This document shows positions 45,427 to 56,500 of a DNA stretch of 64,000 bases, piece by piece. A program made the translations under genes and the position numbers. Under the pieces are notes generated by a model that had not been told where the DNA came from, did no database searches, and saw only the letters and a list, made by a program, of their open reading frames with translations. The DNA comes from Methanobacteriota archaeon. GTDB lineage: Archaea > Halobacteriota > Bog-38 > Methanoflorentales > Methanoflorentaceae. Where the stretch lies: positions 896,001-960,000 of the forward strand of contig OY970393.1 of NCBI GenBank assembly GCA_963720465.1. Direction: 5' to 3'. How positions within the stretch are numbered: position 1 is the first letter of the stretch; the number at the start of each line of letters is the position of its first letter.

Positions 45427-46473
45427 GTGATCAGCGTGCAAGACACGTGGACTAATTCACATCGCACGGATACGACGTATCATCCTCTGATTGGTTGGCT
45501 ATATGTCCCAAATCAATTCAAGAGAATGCCTGATCCAAGACAGCCTTACTACATCAGAACGAATAATCAAGGATTTCGCTCAAATTTTGATTTTAATAAA
45601 GAATCGCAAGGAAAAAAGAGGATAATATTCCTAGGCGATTCATTTGCAGCAGGAGACGGCGTAGCAAATGAAGACAGATTTTCAGATTTGGTAATGGATT
45701 CAATCGAGAATCTCGAATGTTACAATTTTGGATTGACAGCATCTGGAACGGATCAACAAGTTTTGATTTACGAACACATCGCAAAACAATTCGATCACGA
45801 CATAATATTCTTAGGGTTTTCTCTGCACGATATCACGAGGCTAGGTCCTGAACTAACTTGGCGCGCTCATCGAGTTCGACTCGAGTTTGTAGTACTTCCG
45901 AAGCCCTATTTCTATGAAAACGGCGCAGAATTGAATACAGGCAACATTCCCGCACCGAGACACAGGACATTGAGAGGCCCCGTACAAAACAACACCGGTG
46001 GGGTCTTCAATCTTGCTAAACGTTTGTACGAGCTCTCCGGACATTCTTCTGGCGACATCGGACGATGGCTGCGAGAGTCTCAGAGTTATTTTGGCGAGGC
46101 GCTACTGAGTTACAGAACATTTAGTGAGTATGGGCGATATTACAATAAGACGGATAAAAACTGGCATTTGATGGAACGCATCATAAAACGACTCGTTGAA
46201 GACTCGGACAACAAGCCGATAATACTCTTCCCTATTCCAGAAGTGAGAGCATTGTCGAGCGCCTTCAGAGGCGAGTATCAGTCCTTGTTTGAACGCTTGC
46301 AAAATGAATTTGAAAATGTCATTTTTTTGGATATAGCTGAATACGTGAAAGACTATTCTCGAAGAGACAGACACAATATGATGTCAGTTAGCACCTTACA
46401 TTTCACGAAATTTGGTAACAAGATAGCATCGAACGCAATCAGGCAATGTCTCATAAACAACGGACTAGTGTAG
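45427..46473 (+). CDS. SGNH/GDSL hydrolase-family protein
   Basis: YIRTNNQGFR, IFLGDSFAAG, NFGLTASGTDQ and C-terminal LHFTKFG. Confidence 0.85.
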   Translation: MISVQDTWTNSHRTDTTYHPLIGWLYVPNQFKRMPDPRQPYYIRTNNQGFRSNFDFNKESQGKKRIIFLGDSFAAGDGVANEDRFSDLVMDSIENLECYNFGLTASGTDQQVLIYEHIAKQFDHDIIFLGFSLHDITRLGPELTWRAHRVRLEFVVLPKPYFYENGAELNTGNIPAPRHRTLRGPVQNNTGGVFNLAKRLYELSGHSSGDIGRWLRESQSYFGEALLSYRTFSEYGRYYNKTDKNWHLMERIIKRLVEDSDNKPIILFPIPEVRALSSAFRGEYQSLFERLQNEFENVIFLDIAEYVKDYSRRDRHNMMSVSTLHFTKFGNKIASNAIRQCLINNGLV

Positions 46474-46490
46474 TCAGATCGGGCGATCAA

Positions 46491-48698
46491 ATGAACGTTA
46501 AAGGCGCGGATAATAAGGACGTGTTTTTATTAGGTATCTCTGCATTCTTTCACGATTCTGCGAGTGCTTTAATAAAAAATGGCAAAATTGTGGCAGCGAG
46601 CCAAGAAGAGAGGTTCTCTCGTGTAAAAAATGACTCAGGCTTCCCAGCGTCGGCGATAAATTACTGTTTGGAAGAAGGGAAGATTGATGTTTCGGATTTG
46701 AACGCGATAGTTTATTATGACAATCCATATCGCGCTCTGGAAAGGATAGTCTCTTCACACCTCACCGTAGCCCCGGAGGGCAGTGACTTATGGAAAAATG
46801 TCATCGAAGAGTGGGTCAACACAAAACTCAGGATTCCTGAAATAATCAGACGCACTTTGAATTACGACGGGGATATTTATTTCGTTGAGCACCACGTATC
46901 GCACGCGGCAAGCGCATTTTTTGCATCGCCGTTTAAAGATGCGGCGATCCTTACTATTGACGGTGTGGGAGAATGGGCAACCTCGTGTATTTGTCATGGA
47001 CACCATGATAAGATCGAAATAGTAAAGCAACTTGAATATCCAGACTCTCTTGGACTTCTCTATTCTGCATTTACCTATTTTTGCGGTTTTAAAGTAAATG
47101 ACGGCGAATATAAGCTGATGGGATTGGCGCCGTACGGAAATCCCGTGTATGTCGATACGATCAAAGATAATTTGATCGACATCAAAGATGACGGTTCAAT
47201 CAAATTGAACATGAAGTTTTTTGGCTACATGAAAGATTTGAGCATGATAAATGCCAGTTTTGATGAGTTGTTTGGTGGCGGTCCCAGAAAACGTGAGAAC
47301 CCAATCACGCAGAGAGAGATGGACATTGCCAGGTCGATCCAAGCTGTAACAGAAGAGATCGTCCTAAAGATGGCAAATTATGCGTACGACGTCGTTGGTA
47401 GCAAGTACCTATGCCTTGCCGGCGGCGTAGCCTTGAACTGCGTCGCAAATGGGAGATTACTGCGCGAAAGCAAGTTTGAGGACATTTGGATACAACCTGC
47501 GGCAGGGGATGCAGGCGGAGCGCTTGGAGCGGCTTTGTACTTGTACTATACGCTATTCGATGCGCAACGGGTGCTGGATGACCAGGATATCCCGCTTCAG
47601 GCAGGATCATATTTTGGACCTCGTTATTCTGATGATGAGGTGAAATCCTGTTTGGACACATACGGATTCACGTATGAACGCATCAACGGAGAGGAGCGAT
47701 CTAAGATTCTGGCAAAATGCCTTGCAGATGGCAAAGTAGTAGGGCACTTCAGCGGACGAATGGAGTTTGGCCCTAGAGCATTGGGGTCGAGATCTATTCT
47801 TGGCGATCCGCGAGACGAAACGATGCAATCCAAACTAAACCTGAAGATTAAGTTTCGAGAATCATTCCGCCCATTTGCCCCAACGGTTTTGATCGAGGAT
47901 GCTGGAGAGTATTTTGATTCGCCACACGAGAGCCCATATATGCTCCTTATCGCAAACGTGCGTCAAAATAGGTGTTTATACCCCCACGGAGAGACGGATG
48001 TGATCAAGAGGGTCAACCAAAAACGGAGTGACATTCCCGCGGTAACGCACGTGGATTACTCAGCCAGACTTCAAACAATCGATCGGCGTTTTCACCCTGA
48101 CTATTACGATATCATCAAACAGTTTAAAGAATTGACCGGATGCAGTGTGGTAGTAAACACGTCTTTTAATGTCCGGGATGAGCCTATAGTTTGCCAACCG
48201 TATGATGCAGTTAGATGCTTTATGAATACTGATATGGACGTCCTCGGCATTGAGGATTTTATTGTGTACAAATCCGATCAGGATCCGCTTCTATTGAAAG
48301 AAGATAATATGGAAACGTATCTAAGAGAGGACAAAGTGGAGTCGAAAAACGGCCGGAAAATCGGAAAAGCGTCTACAAGACTATTTTCAAAGCATCTTTT
48401 AAAAATTCAACAAAATATAGACGAATCACCGATAGATTTGTCATTCGAACATAATAGCACACACTCCAACTGGAGAAATAACCGAAATGAGCAGTATCAT
48501 TGGCTCTTTAACTTTAACGGATTAAACAAATCCGAAGAAGTTGAGTTTATCCTATCGTTTTGGGACCACTATGATTCAAACGACAGAGAGATCTTTAAAC
48601 CATTGCTCAAAAGCCTGATAAAACTTGAAAAATCCGTTGATATTGATCGCGCGTTGACACACCGACGGGTTAGTGAGGAGATGTATGTCATGTTTTGA
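46491..48698 (+). CDS. NodU/CmcH-family carbamoyltransferase with C-terminal extension
   Basis: HDSASA, EERFSR, HHVSHAASAF, IDGVGE, EYKLMGLAPYG, AGGVALN, EFGPRALG, FRPFAP and NTSFN. Confidence 0.93.
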   Translation: MNVKGADNKDVFLLGISAFFHDSASALIKNGKIVAASQEERFSRVKNDSGFPASAINYCLEEGKIDVSDLNAIVYYDNPYRALERIVSSHLTVAPEGSDLWKNVIEEWVNTKLRIPEIIRRTLNYDGDIYFVEHHVSHAASAFFASPFKDAAILTIDGVGEWATSCICHGHHDKIEIVKQLEYPDSLGLLYSAFTYFCGFKVNDGEYKLMGLAPYGNPVYVDTIKDNLIDIKDDGSIKLNMKFFGYMKDLSMINASFDELFGGGPRKRENPITQREMDIARSIQAVTEEIVLKMANYAYDVVGSKYLCLAGGVALNCVANGRLLRESKFEDIWIQPAAGDAGGALGAALYLYYTLFDAQRVLDDQDIPLQAGSYFGPRYSDDEVKSCLDTYGFTYERINGEERSKILAKCLADGKVVGHFSGRMEFGPRALGSRSILGDPRDETMQSKLNLKIKFRESFRPFAPTVLIEDAGEYFDSPHESPYMLLIANVRQNRCLYPHGETDVIKRVNQKRSDIPAVTHVDYSARLQTIDRRFHPDYYDIIKQFKELTGCSVVVNTSFNVRDEPIVCQPYDAVRCFMNTDMDVLGIEDFIVYKSDQDPLLLKEDNMETYLREDKVESKNGRKIGKASTRLFSKHLLKIQQNIDESPIDLSFEHNSTHSNWRNNRNEQYHWLFNFNGLNKSEEVEFILSFWDHYDSNDREIFKPLLKSLIKLEKSVDIDRALTHRRVSEEMYVMF

Positions 48699-48746
48699 TG
48701 CGCTTCTGCATTTCAAACGTACTGTTGAACTATGTCTTCGAAGTCC

Positions 48747-49481
48747 CTACCGATTCTCGAGCGATTTGTCGCCGTCCGTAAATCTAATTACCATATGGCT
48801 CCCGTCACAGAAAGGCTTGTTCGAAGAGGCGCCACATCGGCATAGGGCAACGCGATTTCGAACCTCATAGACGCCGCCGTCGGAGGACACGACCAGAACA
48901 CTACCCCGAATCCATAAGGGGCCGCTGCAGCGTTTATGCGGTTCTTCGACGAGCGAGATAGACGGTTCGAATTCAGGCTCAATCGATTTGTCGAGCTCCT
49001 TATGCCACGCCACCAGACGTCCAGAAGTGCAATTCCCTGCCTCTTCGATGGCTAAGCGCTTAGCCTCCGGGTCGTCTGAGGATCTGGTCAAGTTGCCAAT
49101 TCCGCTTGCTCTCAGACAAAAACCTGCGTGATTGCACAAATCCGGAACGTCGGTCAATTTGAGGTCGGGTCCATCAATCTTCCTCGCTCGAGTGAGATAG
49201 GGCGCTCGGCTGGCAATCTCAGTGCCGTCAAAATGTACTTTGGCGTGCGTTCCATCGCAAAATGGTTTGTTCTCAGACTGCCCGCAACGGCACAAAGCAT
49301 ACGTTTCCTGGGGTGGGTATTCCTCACCTACGACATAGCTGACAGGATATCCCTTGGCATCGGTGCTAATTATCAATTTGGTAAGGGGGGTCCATCCTGA
49401 CACAATATAGGGCCCGTTTTTACTTACCTGTACGCGCGCGTCTTTTTGACTTCGTTTCTTGGCCGGTGTTTCAGTTGCCAT
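48747..49481 (-). CDS. Two-CDGSH iron-sulfur protein with central Fe-S domain
   Basis: Two LCRCGxSxNKPFCDG(T/S)H motifs flanking CNHAGFC...CTSGRL. Confidence 0.9.
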   Translation of the reverse strand: MATETPAKKRSQKDARVQVSKNGPYIVSGWTPLTKLIISTDAKGYPVSYVVGEEYPPQETYALCRCGQSENKPFCDGTHAKVHFDGTEIASRAPYLTRARKIDGPDLKLTDVPDLCNHAGFCLRASGIGNLTRSSDDPEAKRLAIEEAGNCTSGRLVAWHKELDKSIEPEFEPSISLVEEPHKRCSGPLWIRGSVLVVSSDGGVYEVRNRVALCRCGASSNKPFCDGSHMVIRFTDGDKSLENR

Positions 49482-49919
49482 AATGATCTATTGTCCTTGT
49501 TTGCCTTGATCAAAACCGTTTCGGCTTTAAAAGCTCACCGCGACGTATTGTCCGTTGCTGCGGCGGCTTGCGTCTAAGCCGGCTTAGGTCGGCAGCTCTT
49601 ACGTTTGGGTCGCGTGTCTAGCGCCTAGGAATAGCAGACGCTGCTCCCTAGGAATATTTCTTGTTACGGGAGAGCTTAATGCTTTTCGACGCACGAAATT
49701 CATGTTCAAGTAGTAGCGCCGTCGCTTTAGCGCTTACTGGACTCAGCTTATTTGGACTGCTGGAAACTTAGCGTTGACAGAAGCACGAGTTTTTAAACAG
49801 GTTATTTTGAATGGGGTTAAGGGCCGATTTTACCATCGAAAAAAAAGCAAAGAAGAAACCGACGCATTTAGATAGCTAAACGCTCAACGCCAGTACGACG
49901 TGACGACACAAGAAGGAAT

Positions 49920-50580
49920 ATGCCCGAAAAACAGGTGAAACCCAAACTCACACAGACGCAGATCGAGCTTGAGACACGAGATAAGCGCCGGCTGGAGACG
50001 TTCATCGACGGCGTCTTCGCCATTGCCATAACGCTCCTCGGGCTGAAGTTTGTCGTCCCGCTCGTGCAGCATTCGAATCAGGCACTCATCGCATCGCTCG
50101 TGGGCTTCGTGCCCAAATTCATCGGGATTTCCTGGCATTCACTTCGTTGGGCATCCTGCTTAATAACAATTGGAGGCAGTTTCAGAACATTGTCGATGCC
50201 GACTCGGTAATGTGCGGTATCAACGTCATCTTCCTGTCGTTCGTCGTGCTCGTCCCATTCGCGACGACTGTATGGACTGGCTACCCCGACAACACCGCCG
50301 GCGTGCTGTTCTTCGATTGTGTCATGTTCATCACGGGACTCGTCTCTACGCTAACTGGTCGTACGTGAAACGGCGTCCGTATCTTCTCAAAAAAGGTATT
50401 ACCCACGGACGCGTAGGGTCATCGCGTATAGAAACGCAAGGCTGCCCGTCGCGTCAGCACTTGCAATAGTCTTCTCTTTTTTCTCCCCCCAGCTCAGCAA
50501 CATTGCATACGTGCTCGTCTTTGTGCTTATGGGAATGGCAGCGATGCACGCCAGACCGACTCACCTACAACGCTCTAACA
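49920..50580 (+). pseudogene. TMEM175 (DUF1211) K+ channel, multiple frameshifts (end approximate)
   Basis: RLETFIDGVFAIAITLL, then INVIFLSFVVLVPFAT and later TM segments in other frames. Confidence 0.8.
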
Positions 50581-50874
50581 CACAGACGGGTAATTACGTT
50601 ATTCAATCAACTTCTTTAAGCCACGCGACGACGACCAAGTTCGCCACCGCTTGGGTGGGGCTTTGTTGTTTGGGGCTTGCACTCGTTTTTGTTCCCTATC
50701 ACCGATGCGTTGAAAGTGCTTTTTGTCAACATGTGCTAGAGCGTGGCACAAAACCAACACACGTGCCTAGAGCTTACGCACCCAGCTCGAACTGAAACAC
50801 TGTCAAAAAAGCCTCCCGATGTGCGTAATTTCTTACTGAAAATCTGTTCTCGTTAGTCTGGCACGCGTGAATTG

Positions 50875-51606
50875 CTACGGAAGTAGCTTCTCCCTGCTGA
50901 TGAGTCTGCTTGAAAGAAGAAACAGCGCGATCGACAGAGCGGCGATGATGATGGCTTCGGCGAGATCTACCACGACTACTCCGATAAAAGGCAAAATCCA
51001 CGGGGTTAAGTACGCGGGCACCACGAGCAACCCCCCTAAGGCCAGACCTAACGGCTGATTTGCCCCCGCCCTCGGCTTCTGCAATGAGCTGAACGTCATC
51101 ATAGCCATCGTATCGAACGAGACGACGGAGAGAGACAATGCGGCGGCAACGCCTGTGGCTTCGAGAGAGACTGTTACATCTCCTCTTAGAAGCAATCCTA
51201 CCGCAACATTTGCAACAGCCACCGCTATCATAAGGAGTGAGACGAGAATGAGCCCCGCTTTCAGGTATCGCTTGTAGATGTCTCCTTGATTCATCCCGAG
51301 CGAGAGGAAATACTCGAGTACGCCGTTATTCTTGTCGTAGACGTAGAGCAAAATGACGGACGTCGTAAGCATCACAGCGGCAATTGCGGTCAGCGGGACG
51401 GAGAGAAGCGAGAGTGACGTCCCGACGTAGATGCCGCTATTCCCAGGTACGCCTCTCAGGAATGCGTTGCCAAAATTTGCCGTGAGGATAGCCACCGACG
51501 TAAAGAATATCGCGAACACGACGTACGATTTACTCAGCGCGAGTCCTCTCTTAACGATGATTATCCCAGGATCGCGCCCCAATTGGCGCACAACGTTGTT
51601 ATTCAC
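50875..51606 (-). CDS. ABC-2-type permease
   Basis: Multi-TM, YDKNNGVLEYFLSLG, downstream of the ABC ATPase. Confidence 0.8.
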   Translation of the reverse strand: MNNNVVRQLGRDPGIIIVKRGLALSKSYVVFAIFFTSVAILTANFGNAFLRGVPGNSGIYVGTSLSLLSVPLTAIAAVMLTTSVILLYVYDKNNGVLEYFLSLGMNQGDIYKRYLKAGLILVSLLMIAVAVANVAVGLLLRGDVTVSLEATGVAAALSLSVVSFDTMAMMTFSSLQKPRAGANQPLGLALGGLLVVPAYLTPWILPFIGVVVVDLAEAIIIAALSIALFLLSSRLISREKLLP

Positions 51607-51617
51607 GCGTTCACCGG

Positions 51618-52467
51618 TTACGCCGTTTCGAACAGCTCTTGCAACGGGTTTTCGAGCTGCCGCATTTCCGTCACCAGTACCCCGTGTTCGATTAGCGTCT
51701 TCAGGACTTGTCCTGCCTCTTCGGGGCTCGAAACGCTCATGACGTAGTAGCCCTGCTCTCCCTTCTTCGCATCGACAATTTTTGAAATGTCAGTCGACGT
51801 CCTAATCCCAATCCTGTATTCCCTCAGTTTGATGTTTGCGATCTTTTCGGCGAGAGCGATGGTTCCGTTCTTGATCAAGATGAGGTCCGTGCCGATGTCG
51901 TTCGCCTCGTAGAGGTTATGCGTGGAGTACAGGTACAATCCTGTCCTTGCTCAGTTTCAGGAGGATATCTCTGATCTCCTTCGAGTAGCCTGGGTCTAGG
52001 TTTGACGTGGGCTCGTCCATCAAATAGAGGTCCCGCTCCTTTAGGAACACCTTCGCAACTGAGACTCTTTTCTTCTGTCCCTGCGAGAGATCAGAGATTT
52101 TCGTATCCCTAAGTTCCTGAAGGTGTAGTAGCGCGAGAACCTCGTCAGCGTTTCCCCCCTGCATGTTCGCGTAAAACGTGAGAGCGTTGTACACCGTCAT
52201 CTCCTCCGGGATTGCGTTGTAGTGGGAGAGGTAGTTCATCCGCTTTCTGACGTCACGCGATGTGGTAACGTTTTCGCCGTCAAACACGACTTCGCCCGAA
52301 TATGGCTCTAAAATGCCAGCGATTGTCCTAAACAGCGTCGTCTTCCCCGCGCCGTTTGGGCCTAATACTACGTATATCGACGGCTCTTGTATCGTGAGAC
52401 TTACGTCGTGCAAGACGGTTTTTTTGTCGTATCCTGAGTTCACGTTGCGTAATTCTAACGTGTGCAC
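51618..52467 (-). CDS. ABC transporter ATP-binding protein, frameshifted at ~51935
   Basis: GPNGAGKTT, LSQGQ and MDEPT. The H-loop LYSTHN is in the shifted frame. Confidence 0.88.
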
Positions 52468-53053
52468 GTTCAGGACTCCTAAGGCGCTTCTTCTGACGTA
52501 CTCTTGCGCTAAAGCGGCGGGCTTAGGTTATCTCACTTTTGGTCGGCGAACTGCCACCACGCAAACGAACCTACGAGTTCGGAAAGCCCAGCGAGACGAC
52601 CAACAAAGCAGCTAACTGCACGACGGTCTTGGACGGACGGACCAGCAACCCCGCTGCAAAGTGCGGGAGTTGACCACACTAGTATTCGTTCGATGTCGCG
52701 CGGCGTAATGGTAACCAACTCGTTTCACCTTGTGACACGTTCTTCAGCATCTAAGGACGTCGCGTGAAGCAATCATGCGCGTAAACAAATTGTCTCGGGG
52801 TGATGCGAGCTCCCTCGCACGGCGCCATCCAGGGTGACGTCGTATGTCAACATCAATAGAAGCATTATCACTCCTGGTGGGAGCGCTCGTGACGCTCTCC
52901 TTCTTCCCGTGACAATCTAACGGGCCTCGGCTCGCCAGTTTTTTCATAATGGCGAGGAGCCCACCACCGCAATCAAACGCGTATTTCATAAGCAAGATTT
53001 GAGCAGCGCTAGATAGTTATAGCAAACGAAGGCATACTGAAAAAACAAAGGAG

Positions 53054-53830
53054 GTGAACCAATGCTCATACAAGCCTTGGAGCGTGATGAGAGTAGCCGA
53101 TAACGTGGAGGTGCTGGAATTATCGATGAGGAGTTTTAGGGGACAGACCACCATTCATCCGACACTCACGTGGGATGATGACACGGTGGTGCTGGTGGAT
53201 GCTGGCTTCCCCGGCCTGCTGCACCAGATCCGTGAAGCGATGAGCAGGGCAGGTGTCCCGTTCGATAGGCTCGACAAGGTGATCATCACCCATCAGGACA
53301 TCGACCATATCGGAAGCTTGCCAGATATCGTCCGAGAGTCTTCTCATAACCTCGACGTGCTGAGCCACGAAGAGGAGAGGCCGTACATAGAAGGCCAAAA
53401 GCCGTTGATTAAGATGAACCAGGAGCGTCTGTCGAAGATGCTGGGGTCGGTGCCTGAGGAACAACGGCAGCAGATGGAAGCGCTGTTTGCGAACCCGCCT
53501 AAAGCGAGCGTCACTACGGTAGTCGCTGATGGGGAGGTCTTGCCATACTGTGGAGGGATCACAGTGATCTTCACCCCGGGACACACCCCCGGACATATTT
53601 GCCTGTACCTGAATCAGAGCAAGATCCTCGTCGGCGGCGATGCCTTAGTCGCTGCAGACGGCGAGTTGCGAGGGCCAAACCCACAATCAGCATACGATAT
53701 AGACACCGCCGTGAAATCGTTGAAAAAACTTACTCAATACGACATCGAAACGGTGATCTGCTATCACGGAGGCGTCTACAGGGACGACGCCAATGCGTGC
53801 CTGGCGGAGTTAGCCAGCGCTGCACATTAG
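53054..53830 (+). CDS. MBL-fold metallo-hydrolase
   Basis: THQDIDHIG, TPGHTPGH, GD and CYHGG. Start is 53054 or 53087. Confidence 0.9.
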   Translation: MNQCSYKPWSVMRVADNVEVLELSMRSFRGQTTIHPTLTWDDDTVVLVDAGFPGLLHQIREAMSRAGVPFDRLDKVIITHQDIDHIGSLPDIVRESSHNLDVLSHEEERPYIEGQKPLIKMNQERLSKMLGSVPEEQRQQMEALFANPPKASVTTVVADGEVLPYCGGITVIFTPGHTPGHICLYLNQSKILVGGDALVAADGELRGPNPQSAYDIDTAVKSLKKLTQYDIETVICYHGGVYRDDANACLAELASAAH

Positions 53831-54245
53831 TGCCGCCTGAGGAATTGACCGCGGAAGGCTTTTAGAGTGGTGGCGTTCCCGGAGCATGCTCCCCACCAAA
53901 CTGGGCATGTTGCTTACGACGAGGCTAGTTCGCCTCTCGCGCCCATCGTAAAACTCTTTGCGCTGAGAAGCCCGACCTTGTCCAGCTCACCGAAACACCA
54001 CAAAGCGGTGTAATCTAATCTACGCGTATATCCTAGTCGAATGTTACAGATCTCTTCAATCGATTGCTGTGCGTTATAACAAAGAATCAAGTTACCGGAC
54101 TAAAGTTATATTATGCTAAACATACTTAATATGCTAAGCATAGTGAAGAGCGCACGCCGCTGATGTGATGTCTCACGGACACCGTTGTTGTGGTGGCGCA
54201 CCTCTTCCACACGCATCAAGCAGGGAAACAACGAGAGGAGTAGGC

Positions 54246-55316
54246 GTGCAACAGGATAAAGTAAAGGTTCAGTTAAGCGGCATATCGCAGACGCTGTTGG
54301 GTTGTTTATGGGGCCGGGCACAGCTAAGCAAGAGGTACAGCTCACTGTTTTACGATGAGAAAGCTATCGAGCTCGTTGAAAAAATCGACTATGACTTTTC
54401 AACGAGTGATGATCTGCCGTTCCATGGTATTTGGTTCAGTATTTCTCATAAGCTCAATCTGCCAGAATTTGGTCTATTTACGCTGAGGGCAAAGCAGTTT
54501 GACGAAAAGCTCAAAACCTACATCATAGAGCACGCCCGCGCGTGCGTCGTGAACATCGGAGCAGGACTGGACACGACCTTCTACCGCGTTGATAACGGGT
54601 TGATTCACTGGTACGACCTCGACCTCCCTGCGGTCATTGACATCAGAAGACAGCTGCTGCCGGAACCTGACAGGGTAACATACATCGCGAAATCCTTCCT
54701 GGATCCGAGCTGGTGTAAAGATATTCGGTACACCGAGGATGGGATATTCATGATAGCTGGGGGGGTGTTCCATTTCTTTGAGGAGTCTCAGGTAAAACAG
54801 TTTTTTTCGATGCTGGCGGACAACTTCGACGGCAGCGAAATCGTGTTTAACGTCATATCACGATCAGCCGATGGCTTTGGCGCGTGGATGAATATCTTGT
54901 CGCCGGAGCAACGGGACGTTATGAGAACAGCGCTAGTGGATGCGATAAAGGAGTGGTGGAAAGAGGCACCACAAGGCCAGAAAGAGAAGTTGAACGACAT
55001 GATAGCCACGCTCGAGCTCCCGACAAAGCCGAAAAGTAAGGCGTGGGCTGATCTCGAAGCGTGGTGGAATCAGCTCAGCGATAAGGAGACCCTGGAGGTA
55101 ATGCGCGGATTCAGGACGTCCTTCCGCAGCGGCGTTGACGCGTGGGAGGTAGAAGACGCGCGTGAAATTACAAAGTGGGATGGCCGCATCGTTCTGATAG
55201 ACCAGTTTCCGATTTTTAGAAACATCCCGCGAGATTCGTTGAACGCAGATATGCAGCGGTTCATGGACTACAGTGATGAGAGAGGAAGGTCAAGTATTAT
55301 TCACTTGCGAGTTTAA
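54246..55316 (+). CDS. Class I SAM methyltransferase (LCM-like) with a helical insertion
   Basis: TLLGCLWGRA, VVNIGAGLDTTFYR and YDLDLPAVI. GAGGAG RBS before GTG 54246. Confidence 0.85.
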   Translation: MQQDKVKVQLSGISQTLLGCLWGRAQLSKRYSSLFYDEKAIELVEKIDYDFSTSDDLPFHGIWFSISHKLNLPEFGLFTLRAKQFDEKLKTYIIEHARACVVNIGAGLDTTFYRVDNGLIHWYDLDLPAVIDIRRQLLPEPDRVTYIAKSFLDPSWCKDIRYTEDGIFMIAGGVFHFFEESQVKQFFSMLADNFDGSEIVFNVISRSADGFGAWMNILSPEQRDVMRTALVDAIKEWWKEAPQGQKEKLNDMIATLELPTKPKSKAWADLEAWWNQLSDKETLEVMRGFRTSFRSGVDAWEVEDAREITKWDGRIVLIDQFPIFRNIPRDSLNADMQRFMDYSDERGRSSIIHLRV

Positions 55317-55653
55317 TGTCACGAAGTCTGTGGGCGCTGTTTGGCCCTGTCGTCACGCAGCTCGCGGTTTCGGCCACACTGAAGGGTGTATCAGTTTTAA
55401 GGCAGCTAAGCTTATAAACGAGCGAACAGCAAACGATGCGTGGACAGCCGCAAGGGTTTTGTTAGAACATTCATAGGTGTGTCGCACACGGGTTGCGGGG
55501 TTCATCGTAATCGCATCAGGCTGATGACTCATGCCGCATCTGCAAGAAAACGGGACGGAGTCACCGTGTATCCTGATGCAAGTGGATATCCTTGCCCTCG
55601 AGGAAAAGGAGATCAAGATAGGTGCCCACGGAGAGGCGCTAGAAGGGGAGAGC

Positions 55654-56277
55654 ATGCACGAGAGAGGTTACTTTGACCAGATTGCCCCACGATGGGACGA
55701 CATGCGGCAAACCTACTTCTCTGAGAGGGTGCGAGAACGGGCGCTCTTTGAGGCACAGGTGCAGCGGCGAAAGCTAGCTGCTGACGTTGGGGCGGGAACC
55801 GGGTTTATCACCGAAGGGCTTATCGGGCATGGCGTCGAGGTGCTCGCGATCGACGAGTCTCTCCCTATGCTGCAGGTACTGAGGCGCAAGGCGTTCGGTG
55901 CTGCAGACCTACACTGTTGCATCGGGAGCGCCGAACGGCTCCCCGTTCGTGCCGGTGCGGTGGACTACGTTTTTGCCAACATGTGCCTCCACCACGTGAT
56001 GCACCCGGCAGCAGCGATAGGTGAGATGGCACGGATTCTCAAGAAAGGGGGCACGCTCATTATCACGGACCTCGATGAACACGTGTTTGCGTTTCTCTCG
56101 GAGGAGCGCACCGATCGATGGATGGGATTTAAAAGGGACGATGTGCGCACGTGGTTTGCCGAAGCGGGGCTGAAAGACGTCATGGTGAGCAGCACTGGAG
56201 AGCGAGCGAGGGTGCCATCGGATTCCACTGACAACTGCGCTGACATCGGCATATTTATAGCACGGGGCACGAAATGA
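55654..56277 (+). CDS. Class I SAM-dependent methyltransferase
   Basis: YFDQIAPRWD, ADVGAGTG, NMCLHH and RILKKGG. RBS before ATG 55654. Confidence 0.88.
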   Translation: MHERGYFDQIAPRWDDMRQTYFSERVRERALFEAQVQRRKLAADVGAGTGFITEGLIGHGVEVLAIDESLPMLQVLRRKAFGAADLHCCIGSAERLPVRAGAVDYVFANMCLHHVMHPAAAIGEMARILKKGGTLIITDLDEHVFAFLSEERTDRWMGFKRDDVRTWFAEAGLKDVMVSSTGERARVPSDSTDNCADIGIFIARGTK

Positions 56278-56500
56278 AGTGAACCAAGGCTCAGTTTCTC
56301 AGGCTGCCAGCGGCTTCACGGCTGACGTCGGTTTGGATGCGCACCCGCCGTGCCGCTGCGACCGTTATCCGGTAGACATACAAAAGTATAGGTCTCTTTT
56401 CCTGTACGGATTTAGTCGCAAGAACCGAGAAAGCATCGTAGCTCGATCAACGGCAGCCCGCTGGTTCGGATCGTCAAGCTTCTCCTGTTTGGGCATACGC

